Notes under the pieces: generated by a model
Told to the model about the DNA's origin: nothing
The model's database searches: none
Seen by the model: the letters and a program-made list of their open reading frames with translations, nothing else
Part shown: positions 19,608 to 28,874 of the stretch, piece by piece
Position numbering within the stretch: the stretch's first letter is position 1
Layout of the letters: every line of letters begins with the position of its first letter
Position numbers and translations under genes: made by a program
Origin: Verrucomicrobiota bacterium
GTDB taxonomy: Bacteria; Verrucomicrobiota; Verrucomicrobiia; Limisphaerales; AAA164-E04
Assembly (NCBI GenBank): GCA_047947115.1
Contig: CP170459.1
Coordinates: 1,376,001 to 1,440,000, forward strand
Reading direction: 5' to 3'
DNA length: 64,000 bases

Positions 19608-21139
19608 GCCTCTTCTTCAGAATCTGTGGGTAAATTTAGGTTCGGGTAGTTCACCCATTGTGTGAAAAAGGGCTATTTTAAGCACTTCAAAGCTACGATA
19701 GCCGTAGGCTTTTCTGGTAGTCAGATTTATTTTGCGGTTCAAACCCTCAACAACTCCCGACGAAATAGTCTTTTTGGCCCTGAACCAATTCAGGATCAGC
19801 GGCTGATGTTTTCGTAGGCTGCTGGCAAATTTCTTGATGGGTTCCAGACGTGAGCGCATAGCTCTGGTGCACCACTTGTTCAAATACCACTCAGCCCAAT
19901 ATGGGCTAGTGTAATTCCAAAAGAACTCAAATGCTTCTTTGAGCAAAAATGCCCGAACACTTTTCAGATCATACTGGAGGACTTCCTCCAGCTTAATCTT
20001 TTGATTGGGCGTGAGGTTCTCACGACGTTTGAGAAAGCAGTATTTGGTGTGTTTAAGCACTTCCTGGTATCCGTCCTGACGCATCTTACGCGCTTCGACC
20101 GCCCTGACTTCATTGATTGCTTTGTTCAGATTGGCTACGATATGGAAGCGATCCAACACGTGGAGGGCGTGTTCGAGTTTTTCCTTAATCACATTGAGAT
20201 AAGGTTTCCACATGTCCGAACAAACAAATTGAATGGACTCAAGTTGCTTTTGAGTGAGGATCTTAAAAAAATCCCGAAGGGATTGCTCGGTTCTCTCCTT
20301 GGTGACGCTTAACAATCGGCGCGTGCCTTGATCTATCTGGTAAACCACCGTCAGATACTTTTGCCCCTTTCCAAAATGCACCTCATCAACTCCGATGGCA
20401 TTAATATCGTCCAAACTCCTGTGCTTCAAGCCGTATTCAACAATGGAAGCAACGGACCGATACACCGATTGCCAACTGACTTCAAAGGTCTGGGCAACTT
20501 CTTTCCATGAAAGTTTCCGAGCCCACTGTGCAAGGAAGTGTTCCATGACACAGGTTATCCGGCTTTTTCCTTTGGCCCAAGGAACCGATTCGATGACAAC
20601 ACCGTCATTGGGGCAGTTAACTCTTCGCATCCGGTATTCAAGAAACACCGGCCACCCCCATAAGGGGATGAATCGAAACTTTCGTTTTCCAGGACGATGG
20701 TCATAGGTGGAAGCACTACGATTGCACTTTGAACATACTGGGCGGCTGTTTTGCCGTGGTTCAACGCTTACGACAATAGCTTCGACTCCTTCAACTTCCT
20801 GGAAGCATGCTTGGCGATAGACAAAGGATTTGAATTTATGGCAACGATTGAGCAAGGTTTTCAACAGCATCGGCAATCTTTGACGAGGTTTGTTTTGGCG
20901 ACGCCATGTTGAGGAGATTGCCGATGCTTTTCGAATAAAAATCCTCTGGGTTTTTCTTGGAGAAAAACCACACCACCCGTAGGCCCTCTCGCGTCGTGGA
21001 AGTCCAGGAAAACATCATATAAGTGCCGAAGGCCGACTCCGCGTCAGCGGGGGAGTTATGCTGATGTTTTACTGGACTGGAACAGAGCGATAGGGCATCC
21101 CGACGTGCTCAATTTACCCACTCTTTTTTGAGAAGACCC
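19608..21139 (-). mobile_element. ISL3-family insertion sequence (distinct from 8111-9458)
   Basis: Imperfect IRs sharing TCTTCT...GTGGGTAAATT; 8-bp duplication TTACTTTT at 19600-19607 and 21140-21147. Confidence 0.9.
19617..20876 (-). CDS. ISL3 transposase, 419 aa
   Basis: CSKC...CP, IGVDE, CSDMWKPY, LDRFH, VEGLN...RKAYGYR. Confidence 0.92.
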   Translation of the reverse strand: MPMLLKTLLNRCHKFKSFVYRQACFQEVEGVEAIVVSVEPRQNSRPVCSKCNRSASTYDHRPGKRKFRFIPLWGWPVFLEYRMRRVNCPNDGVVIESVPWAKGKSRITCVMEHFLAQWARKLSWKEVAQTFEVSWQSVYRSVASIVEYGLKHRSLDDINAIGVDEVHFGKGQKYLTVVYQIDQGTRRLLSVTKERTEQSLRDFFKILTQKQLESIQFVCSDMWKPYLNVIKEKLEHALHVLDRFHIVANLNKAINEVRAVEARKMRQDGYQEVLKHTKYCFLKRRENLTPNQKIKLEEVLQYDLKSVRAFLLKEAFEFFWNYTSPYWAEWYLNKWCTRAMRSRLEPIKKFASSLRKHQPLILNWFRAKKTISSGVVEGLNRKINLTTRKAYGYRSFEVLKIALFHTMGELPEPKFTHRF

Positions 21140-21846
21140 TTACTTTTTTACCACCAGCCAATACGCGAATAAAAATCTCAAGTCCGCTGGTATTTCTGAT
21201 GACAGGATCTTTTTTGTCGGAAATACCATGATTGATACGTTGTTGCATGAGATGGATCGGTTTTCGGCTCCGGATTGCTTTGAGTCTTTGGGGTTGGTTC
21301 AGGGGAATTACATCGTCCTGACTCTGCATCGTCCCGCCAACGTGGATGCAGAACAGCACTTGACCAAAACTCTGGAAGCGATCATGCAGCATGCGGGTGA
21401 TCTGCCGGTTGTTTTTCCGGTTCATCCACGGACTGCAAAGCAGTTGGAACATATTCATACGGCATGGGATAACCTGCATTGTGTGGAGCCATTGCCGTAT
21501 CTGCAGTTCAATTATTTGGTCAAACACGCGAAAGCGGTCATCACGGATTCGGGTGGCATCACCGAGGAGACGACGGTGATGGGGATTCCTTGCATGACTT
21601 TGCGTGATTCCACGGAGCGACCGGAAACGGTGGATGTTGGGACGAACGAGTTGATTGGGACCAATCCTGAACGCATCCCGCCGGCCATGGAACGGCTGCT
21701 TACAGGCCAGTGGAAGAAGGGGGCAATCCCCGAAAAGTGGGATGGCAAGGCCGCGGAGCGGATTGTGGAAGTGCTGGAGAGGTGTGTTTGAGTGTGGAGT
21801 TTTTTTAATTCTCATCCCGCGAGGCGGGACGGGGGCGCCGAGTTTT

Positions 21847-21990
21847 TTCACCACCCGTTCGATTCCTCACTTGAGGGCACAGAGATCACAGAGAGTGGAG
21901 GGGAGTTGGGGTTATATTTCAGCTCGTTTTGACAAACGAGCTGAAATATAACCCCAAAACTATCAGCCCTGCGGGCGGCAACAATGATTC
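21847..21990 (+). repeat. Hairpin repeat element copy E (left arm + hairpin)
   Basis: Left arm ACCACCCGTTCGATTCCTCACTTGAG; hairpin 21906-21957; tail. Confidence 0.82.
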
Positions 21991-22063
21991 GTCACGGAAA
22001 TGTTCATCGAGCATGTTCGGGAGTGCGGCGGCTTTTAGATTGGTATCCAATGGAAAGTGATTC

Positions 22064-22369
22064 TTAATCTCGCGCCAGTCGTTTACGCCACTTTTTGGGG
22101 TCTTGTGAGCAATGAAACACTGCGTAAACGACGATTCCGTCTTCTAAAGGTTCGTAAAAAATTTCGAATGGAAAGCGTTGAATTGTAGCGTGGCGAAATT
22201 CATCAATAGCAACCGGAAACAGGTGGGGGTGGTCTTTTATGATGGTAAGGCCCTTTTCCACAGATTGTAGAAAATCCTCGCCAAGTCCCTCCTCCCGACT
22301 CTCATACCAATCAAATGCATCAGAGACGTCCTGCTCAGCTTCTGGAATAAAGATGATCCTGCTAATCAT
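22064..22369 (-). CDS. RelE/ParE-family toxin
   Basis: EAEQDVSDAFDWYE...GLGEDF...RFPFEIFY...AVFHCSQDP. Confidence 0.85.
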   Translation of the reverse strand: MISRIIFIPEAEQDVSDAFDWYESREEGLGEDFLQSVEKGLTIIKDHPHLFPVAIDEFRHATIQRFPFEIFYEPLEDGIVVYAVFHCSQDPKKWRKRLARD

Positions 22370-22583
22370 GTTTATTGCGTATACTCTCTTTGACTTGAGA
22401 CCAGAGTCGTCCTGAAGAGGGTTGGGCAAGGAAACCTTCTTTTCTATTTCTCAACACATCTTGTTTTGCTTCCGAGACAGGCAGCTCGGATTCTTCTCGA
22501 GCGATGCTATCCCATAGATCTTCAACTAGCTGAATCCGTTCTCCTCGAGGGAGCTTTAGAAGATGCTCTAATGTCGTATCCAT
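22362..22583 (-). CDS. Addiction-module antitoxin (TIGR02574-like)
   Basis: LPRGERIQLVEDLWDSI...WSQVK; overlaps the toxin start. Confidence 0.85.
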   Translation of the reverse strand: MDTTLEHLLKLPRGERIQLVEDLWDSIAREESELPVSEAKQDVLRNRKEGFLAQPSSGRLWSQVKESIRNKHD

Positions 22584-22681
22584 GCTGAGTAATGTATATC
22601 GAGAACGTTCGGTCTTCAAGATGGACTTTCAATGTCTGCTTTTGAGTTTTTGGACGACATTCAATATCCGAACACCTTTTC

Positions 22682-23022
22682 TTCACCACCCGTCTTGCTG
22701 CGCGCGACTAGAGGGCACAGAGTTCACAGAGAGGTAGAGGGGAGTTGGGGTTATATTTCAGCTCGTTTTGACAAACGAGCTGAAATATAACCCCAAAAAG
22801 ATCAGCCTTGCAGGCGGCGATTACGTCCGCTCTCTTACTGAGTTCTAAATTGAATAGGTATGAACTCCCGTGGTTTTGGCCCACGCAAATCCAGATAACT
22901 TTCGAATCCTTTTAAGTGCAGTAACTTTTTGATTTCTTTGCTATTTCATGGAAATCGTTATGAAATCAAAATTTCCTCCGTGCTCTCTGTGTTCTCAAGT
23001 GAGGAATCGAACGGGTGGTTAA
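22682..23022 (+). repeat. Hairpin repeat element copy F (complete)
   Basis: Left arm, hairpin 22745-22796 identical to copy E, internal part similar to copy A, right arm. Confidence 0.82.
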
Positions 23023-23206
23023 CAAAACAGATCCCTCGGTCGACGCGATAAACTTTCCGTTCTACCTATTGCCTTACTGTCATCACGGGGCAAGCCGTGG
23101 ATTTAACAGCGGTTCTTACTTGATTTGGAGGTCCTGGACCTTGTTAATCGTTGGGTAGACACTAGGGGTTGACGCATTGGGCGTTGGTTCGAGTCAAATA
23201 TCCATC

Positions 23207-24025
23207 ATGAATCAGGGATTAAATCAGAAACAGTTGGGGCAGGCGCTCAAAGTGGCTGAGGTTGCTGCGAGTGCTGCCGGTGACTTGATGCGTCATTTTT
23301 TGAGCAAACCCAAGAAGCGCAACGAGGAGTCTCAGCATGACATCAAACTAGAACTCGATGTCCGATGCCAGAAGACCATCGAATTGGAGCTAAGTCGCTT
23401 CAACTCATCCATTCCGGTTTTGGGGGAAGAGGGTTATTCGGGGGACATCAGTGAGTCATTGCGATGGATTGTTGATCCGATTGATGGGACGGTGAATTTT
23501 ACATACGGACTGCCTCATGCTTGTGTCAGCATCGCTCTTCAGGAGCACAACCCCTCCAAACGCGGCAAGGATAAATATGAAACCGTGCTGGGATTGGTAT
23601 ATGATCCATTTTTGGATGAAATGTGGACGGCCATCAAAGGCAAGCCCGCGCGTATGAACGGCAAAGTAATCCGACCCAACTGGCACGGCAAACTAGAGGA
23701 AACCATGTTGGCCATCGGTTTTTCCAAATCAAAAGAAGCCCTGGACGAAATGTTGCCTGCTTTCAATCACTTGGTTTACAAAGTCAGAAAGGTGCGCATC
23801 ATGGGAGCCGCAGCCCTGTCGCTGGCCTGGATAGCTAATGGCCGATTGGACGCTTTTATGGAAAAGGGAGTGCGCATATGGGATATTGTTGCTGGCGGAT
23901 TCATACTCGAACAGGCCGGGGGCGATTTTTATCACAAAGCCATCGACGACGAGTATCGCTATGCCATGGTCGCCAACAATGGTCGTTTGCGCAAAAAACT
24001 CCTTCCATACATGCCTAAAAGCTAA
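23207..24025 (+). CDS. suhB: Inositol monophosphatase family protein
   Basis: LGEE, WIVDPIDGTVNF, WDIVAG. Confidence 0.85.
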   Translation: MNQGLNQKQLGQALKVAEVAASAAGDLMRHFLSKPKKRNEESQHDIKLELDVRCQKTIELELSRFNSSIPVLGEEGYSGDISESLRWIVDPIDGTVNFTYGLPHACVSIALQEHNPSKRGKDKYETVLGLVYDPFLDEMWTAIKGKPARMNGKVIRPNWHGKLEETMLAIGFSKSKEALDEMLPAFNHLVYKVRKVRIMGAAALSLAWIANGRLDAFMEKGVRIWDIVAGGFILEQAGGDFYHKAIDDEYRYAMVANNGRLRKKLLPYMPKS

Positions 24026-24061
24026 GCCTGATTTATTTAACACTTTCAAATTGCTCAATTC

Positions 24062-25486
24062 ATGGAATACGAACCCATCATCGGACTGGAAACCCACGTC
24101 CAGCTGAAAACTAAATCCAAGATGTGGTGCGGGTGCGCCAACCAGTATGGAGCCGACCCGAACACGCAGGTGTGTCCCGTGTGTCTTGGCATGCCGGGTG
24201 TTTTGCCGGTCGCCAACGAGGAGGCCCTGCGATTGACCGTCCTGACGGGCTATCTGCTCAATTGTGACTTGCCACGGCATGCCCGTTTTGATCGGAAGAA
24301 TTATTTTTATCCAGACGTAGCCAAGAATTATCAGATCACTCAGTTGGCGCTTCCTTCCACCCTGAATGGACACGTTGATTTTGAACTCAACGGTCGTACC
24401 GAACGGGTTCGACTCACGCGGGCGCATCTGGAGGAGGATGTTGGCAAAAGCTTCCATTTCGATCGGCAAAGTGGCGTGGATTTCAATCGTGGTGGTGTGC
24501 CCTTGCTGGAAATTGTCACCGAACCCGACATCACCAGCGCGGACATGGCGTATGCATACCTCAATGCTTTGAAGGATATTTTGACTTATGCCGGCATCAG
24601 TGATTGCGACATGGAAAAGGGCATGGTGCGATGCGATGTCAACATCAGTGTGCGTCCGAAGGGGAGTCAGGAACTGGGGGCCAAGGTTGAGATTAAAAAC
24701 ATGAACAGCTTCAGTGGCGTGCGACGTGCGGTGCTTTATGAAGTTCCACGTCAGATCGAAGCCTTGAAGAATGGTGAAACAATCGTTCAGGAGACACGCC
24801 GCTGGGATGATATCGCCGGTATTACCGAAAGCATGCGAACCAAGGAGGATGCGCATGACTACCGGTATTTTCCCGATCCCGATCTCATGCCGTTCGAACC
24901 TTCAGAAGCGTGGTTTGAAGAAGTGCGACAGGGGGTGGTGGAATTGCCATTGGCACGCAAGCATCGGTTTGTTGAACAATACCAACTTCCGGAAGGGGAC
25001 GCAGAGGTATTCGTGAATGATGTGCCGTTGGGGGATTATTTTGAACAGGTCGCGGGTAAAGCCAAACAGCCCAAAGCCATCGCGAATTGGGTGATCAACA
25101 ACCTGCGGGCCAAGCTTGTTGAAAGCGAATCCAATCTTGAGGATCTGAATTTTGAGCCCGCGTCCCTGCTGGAATTGGTTCAACTGGTGGAGTCTGGCAA
25201 GATCAGCAGCAAGATTGCGCAAACTGTTTTCGGTGAAATGTTCAATAGCGGCAAGGCGCCTGGTGCCATCGTCGAAGAAAAGGGTTTGGTACAGGTGTCT
25301 GATACGGGGGCGATTGAACAGTTTTGTGATCAAGCCATCGAAGCGAATCCCGGTCCGGCCGATGATTACCGAAATGGAAAGGAAGCGGCTCTTAATTTTC
25401 TCAAGGGCCAGGTCATGAAATTGAGCCGTGGCAAGGCGAATCCTGCCTTGGTGGGTGAGATGCTTCAGAAGAAGTTGAAGGGGTGA
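24062..25486 (+). CDS. gatB: Asp/Glu-tRNA amidotransferase subunit B
   Basis: IGLETHVQL, FDRKNYFYPD, HLEEDVGK, RCDVNIS, YRYFPDPD. Confidence 0.97.
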   Translation: MEYEPIIGLETHVQLKTKSKMWCGCANQYGADPNTQVCPVCLGMPGVLPVANEEALRLTVLTGYLLNCDLPRHARFDRKNYFYPDVAKNYQITQLALPSTLNGHVDFELNGRTERVRLTRAHLEEDVGKSFHFDRQSGVDFNRGGVPLLEIVTEPDITSADMAYAYLNALKDILTYAGISDCDMEKGMVRCDVNISVRPKGSQELGAKVEIKNMNSFSGVRRAVLYEVPRQIEALKNGETIVQETRRWDDIAGITESMRTKEDAHDYRYFPDPDLMPFEPSEAWFEEVRQGVVELPLARKHRFVEQYQLPEGDAEVFVNDVPLGDYFEQVAGKAKQPKAIANWVINNLRAKLVESESNLEDLNFEPASLLELVQLVESGKISSKIAQTVFGEMFNSGKAPGAIVEEKGLVQVSDTGAIEQFCDQAIEANPGPADDYRNGKEAALNFLKGQVMKLSRGKANPALVGEMLQKKLKG

Positions 25487-25491
25487 TTTTT

Positions 25492-26038
25492 TTCACGCGG
25501 AGACGCAGAGGTTTTTTATTGAAAGGATCTGTAAATTCAAACGAGCAACCATCCGAGAAAAAGCGGATTGATCATGCTGTGAAAAATGCCAAACCAGATT
25601 TTGCCAAACGCAGAGCCGACCTCTGGGGAGATCGGGTTTTTAGCTTTGAAGAAATTGAGTCTATGCGCCTGAATGAGCTGGAGGGAGTTGAACGTGAATC
25701 TTTTCCCTTATGCATCTGATTCATTGCTTGGGCGTTCTTATGGGAATAAGGGACCTGATTGTTGCAATGAAGGAGAGATGCTTTAACGGAGACATTTTGT
25801 GTGAAAATAACAAAGCATATCAAAGGGCAATTACCGGATATCAAGGAACGTAGTCATGCCGAGGGAACTGTCACCTATCTCAAAACACAAGGAGATTTTG
25901 ATGAACAAGTAATGCGGTCTGTCGTTGGCAGAGGGGCTTTGGCTGAAATTGGATCAACCAAAGATCTGATTGATGAATTTCGAGGGCCGGTAGAATTGCC
26001 ATGACATCGACCGTCGATTCTCCTGCATTGATTTCAAT
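25492..26038 (+). pseudogene. Decayed toxin-antitoxin remnants after a CACGCGGAGACGCAGAG repeat
   Basis: KPDFAKRRADLWGDRVFS and LIDEFRGPVELP resemble antitoxin C-termini; MTSTVDSPALISI (from 26001) resembles a PIN-domain start. Confidence 0.35.
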
Positions 26039-26611
26039 CTACCTATTCCGACTAATTTCCTCAAATAACCACGCCCGGGCGTAGGCCCAGTTGCGTTTGG
26101 CGGTGCGTTCGGACATGTTGAGGATTTTGGCGGCCTGTACGTTTGGCAAACCGACAAAAAACCTCAGTTTGATCAGTTCGGCGCTTTCCGGGTCTTCTTC
26201 TTCCAGTTTGGCCAGAGCCTCGTTGACCAGGATCAGTTGGTCATCGTTTGCGGTGACGGCGACGTCGAGGCCGTTTAAATCGACTCGCTGCCATTCTCCC
26301 CCGTGCCGGATGCGTTGTTTGCGGCGTGCATTTTCCACCAGAATCCGGCGCATGGCTTCGGCTGCCGCCGAGAAAAAGTGGCGACGGTTTTCCCACTGTT
26401 GCTCTCCCCCTCCTACCAGGCGCAGGTAAGCTTCATGAACCAGCGCGGTGGGTTGCAGCGTGTGATTCGAGTTTTCCTTCGCCATCTGGCGCGCAGCTTG
26501 TTGGCGTAGCTCTTTGTAGACCAGCGGCAGTAGCTGCTCGGAAGCCTTTTCATCCCCGCTTTCGATGTCGTGCAGGATGCGGGTGATATCAATGGACTTG
26601 GTCGTGCTCAA
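26039..26611 (-). CDS. ECF sigma factor, TIGR02999/Planctomycete type
   Basis: LLPLVYKELR, HTLQPTALVHEAYLRL, AAEAMRRILV, ARAWL. Confidence 0.92.
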   Translation of the reverse strand: MSTTKSIDITRILHDIESGDEKASEQLLPLVYKELRQQAARQMAKENSNHTLQPTALVHEAYLRLVGGGEQQWENRRHFFSAAAEAMRRILVENARRKQRIRHGGEWQRVDLNGLDVAVTANDDQLILVNEALAKLEEEDPESAELIKLRFFVGLPNVQAAKILNMSERTAKRNWAYARAWLFEEISRNR

Positions 26612-26612
26612 A

Positions 26613-27500
26613 TCAACCCAGTGCCTTGGTAACCATGTCTTCGAACACCTTACGTTGTTCCGTCAGAGCCTTGATTTTATCCTCCGGATTCGTGCGGGCT
26701 TCCAAGAGGATCCAGCCATCGTAATGGGTTTTGACAAACAGATTAATCAAGTCCTGGTAGGGATAATCTCCCATGTTCAATTCGCGAACATGGACCGTTG
26801 ACCCGAATCGTTCACGGACACTGTTGAAATTTGCTTCCAAGCCTTCGCCGTTCAAATCGACATCATTTGAGTTCCAGCAAACCCCCACGTTCGGATGATT
26901 GGCGACATCGAAAATGGCTTTCATCACGGGCAGTTCGCTGGTGCCTTTTCCATGGACTTCCACGCGAATTTCCTGACCCCAGTCGTCCGCATAGGCGGCA
27001 ACCTCATTGAGGGCGCGTCCGATTTGCAAAATGGTTTGTTCCTGGGACAGGCCTTTAGGGAAACCGTTAGGTTTGACTTTGACGCCACTGCCCCCGCAAT
27101 CATGCATGAGCCGCACGTATTGTTTGGTGAGTTCGATGTTGGCTTTTACTTTGGCGGGATCGTCTTCATGATATTGGGCATTGGATCCATACCCAACCAA
27201 TTCCACTGAACTGTCCGCAAATCGTTTCTTGACCTCGGCGCGTTCGGCTTTCGACAGGGATGGTTCGACTCCGTGTGCATGTTCGGTTCGTGTTTCCACT
27301 CCGTGAAGGCCAGACGCTTCGCAGGCATGGATCAGTTCGGGAAGTTTCATGTCTTTCCCCCACAGATAAGTCACCAGACCGAATTTCATTTTGGACTTCG
27401 CTTGAGCGGCGGTGGCCTGGAACAAGCCGGAAGCCAAAGCGGCTGAAAGGATGGAGCTGTTCCCGATGAACGATCTGCGCGTTTGCTTTGGAGAATTCAT
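26613..27500 (-). CDS. Sugar phosphate isomerase/epimerase (TIM barrel) with Tat signal
   Basis: TRRSFI leader; VEVHG, VHVREL, YDGWILLE. Confidence 0.8.
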   Translation of the reverse strand: MNSPKQTRRSFIGNSSILSAALASGLFQATAAQAKSKMKFGLVTYLWGKDMKLPELIHACEASGLHGVETRTEHAHGVEPSLSKAERAEVKKRFADSSVELVGYGSNAQYHEDDPAKVKANIELTKQYVRLMHDCGGSGVKVKPNGFPKGLSQEQTILQIGRALNEVAAYADDWGQEIRVEVHGKGTSELPVMKAIFDVANHPNVGVCWNSNDVDLNGEGLEANFNSVRERFGSTVHVRELNMGDYPYQDLINLFVKTHYDGWILLEARTNPEDKIKALTEQRKVFEDMVTKALG

Positions 27501-27619
27501 GACCTGAAGCATAGGACAGGCAGGGGAATTCTGACAAGAACGATCCATACATGTTACAAAGGTGGGGCGATTTGAAAAAAGGTTTGCAATAAACCGATTT
27601 CCATCAAACATCAGCTCGC

Positions 27620-28081
27620 ATGAACAAACCGAATATTCTGATACTTTGCACAGGAAATTCCTGCCGTAGTCATATGGCCGAGGGCATACTGCGGCATGCG
27701 GTGGGTGATACCGTCGAAGTCCATAGCGCCGGATCCGACCCGACGGGCAAGGTGCATCCGATGGCCATTGAAGCGTTGAAGGAGATTGGCATCGATATCT
27801 CCCAGCACACTTCCAAGCACATGAACGATTTTCTGAAAAAGGACATAGCAGTGGTGATCACCGTTTGTGACAACGCGGACCAGGCTTGTCCGGTTTTCCC
27901 TGGACAGGCTGTCCGTTATCATTGGCCTTTTCCGGATCCGGCCAAAGTGGAAGGTCCGGATGATCAGGTGATGCAGGTGTTTCGTCAGGTGCGGGATCAG
28001 ATTCGCTTGATCTTCGACATGTACGCCGCCGGACTGGTGGATGGTTCCAAATTGTTTCAACCTGCAAAATCATCCGAATAA
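27620..28081 (+). CDS. arsC: Arsenate reductase (LMW-PTP/thioredoxin type)
   Basis: CTGNSCRS P-loop, TVCDNADQACPVFP, HWPFPDP. Confidence 0.9.
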   Translation: MNKPNILILCTGNSCRSHMAEGILRHAVGDTVEVHSAGSDPTGKVHPMAIEALKEIGIDISQHTSKHMNDFLKKDIAVVITVCDNADQACPVFPGQAVRYHWPFPDPAKVEGPDDQVMQVFRQVRDQIRLIFDMYAAGLVDGSKLFQPAKSSE

Positions 28082-28082
28082 C

Positions 28083-28874
28083 ATGATCCCAAGATGGGCG
28101 CTCGGCGAGATCGTCGGGACATTTTTACTGATATTCTTTGGGTGTGGTGCCGTGGCGGGAGCGGTGGCTTTCGGTGCTTTTCAGGGGGTGTTTCAGGTGG
28201 CCATGGTATGGGGTATGGGACTGACGGTAGCGATTTATATGACACAAGGCCATAGTCAGGCACATTTCAATCCAGCCATCACCTGGGCGATGTTTCTCTT
28301 TCGAAAGATGGAGGGGAAGCAGGCGATTGGATATGTGGTATGCCAATTTCTAGGAGCTTTCATTGCTGCAGCCTGTTTGTTTCTTATTTTTCGGGAGGCG
28401 CTCGCCGTGCATGAGAGTGCGCTTGGGATCGTGCGTGGTGAGAGTGGGAGTGAAGCCACCGCCATGGTCTTTGGGGAATATTTCCCCAACCCGGGAGGCA
28501 AGCCGCTTGCTGAAGATGCTTCAAAAAAACTTTCACTCGGTAGCGCCTTTATAGCTGAAGTTTTGGGAACGGGTCTGTTGGCGTTTGCTGTGTTTGGTTT
28601 CACCTCGCCAGCGATCGGTCCGAGATTGGGCCCTGCTGTTCCCTTGGCGATCGGAGCCACTTTGATGGTGCTCATTTGTCTGTTTGGTCCGGTCACGATG
28701 GCTTGTTTCAATCCTGCGCGCGATTTGAGTCCGCGGTTGTTTTCTGCTTTGGCTGGGTGGGGGACTTTGCCTTTTCATGTGAACGGGCATGGGTGGTGGT
28801 TGGTGTATATCTTTGCACCTATTTGTGGGAGTTCTGTCGGGGGGTGGTTGAGTACGCGGATGTGGGGCGATTGA
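28083..28874 (+). CDS. MIP-family aquaglyceroporin
   Basis: Two NPA boxes, HFNPA and FNPARD. Confidence 0.9.
   Translation: MIPRWALGEIVGTFLLIFFGCGAVAGAVAFGAFQGVFQVAMVWGMGLTVAIYMTQGHSQAHFNPAITWAMFLFRKMEGKQAIGYVVCQFLGAFIAAACLFLIFREALAVHESALGIVRGESGSEATAMVFGEYFPNPGGKPLAEDASKKLSLGSAFIAEVLGTGLLAFAVFGFTSPAIGPRLGPAVPLAIGATLMVLICLFGPVTMACFNPARDLSPRLFSALAGWGTLPFHVNGHGWWLVYIFAPICGSSVGGWLSTRMWGD

Larger units (their letters stand above)
19160..21791 (+). pseudogene. wecB: UDP-N-acetylglucosamine 2-epimerase, split by ISL3
   Basis: GARPNFMK, HTGQHYD, AHVEAG in the 5' half; TLHRPANVD, TDSGG, TERP in the 3' half; IS removal restores DSITNYFFTTSQYAN in frame. Confidence 0.93.

Noticed and set aside
13134..23022. 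CRISPR array or integron attC cassette array as the explanation of the repeats
   Set aside because: No regular repeat-spacer period, no cas or integrase gene in the window, and no consistent RYYYAAC...GTTRRRY boxes
23729..24856. 375-aa antisense ORF (also 55995-57152, 50423-51340, 32381-33247 and similar)
   Set aside because: Shadow ORFs opposite well-supported genes, without recognisable motifs
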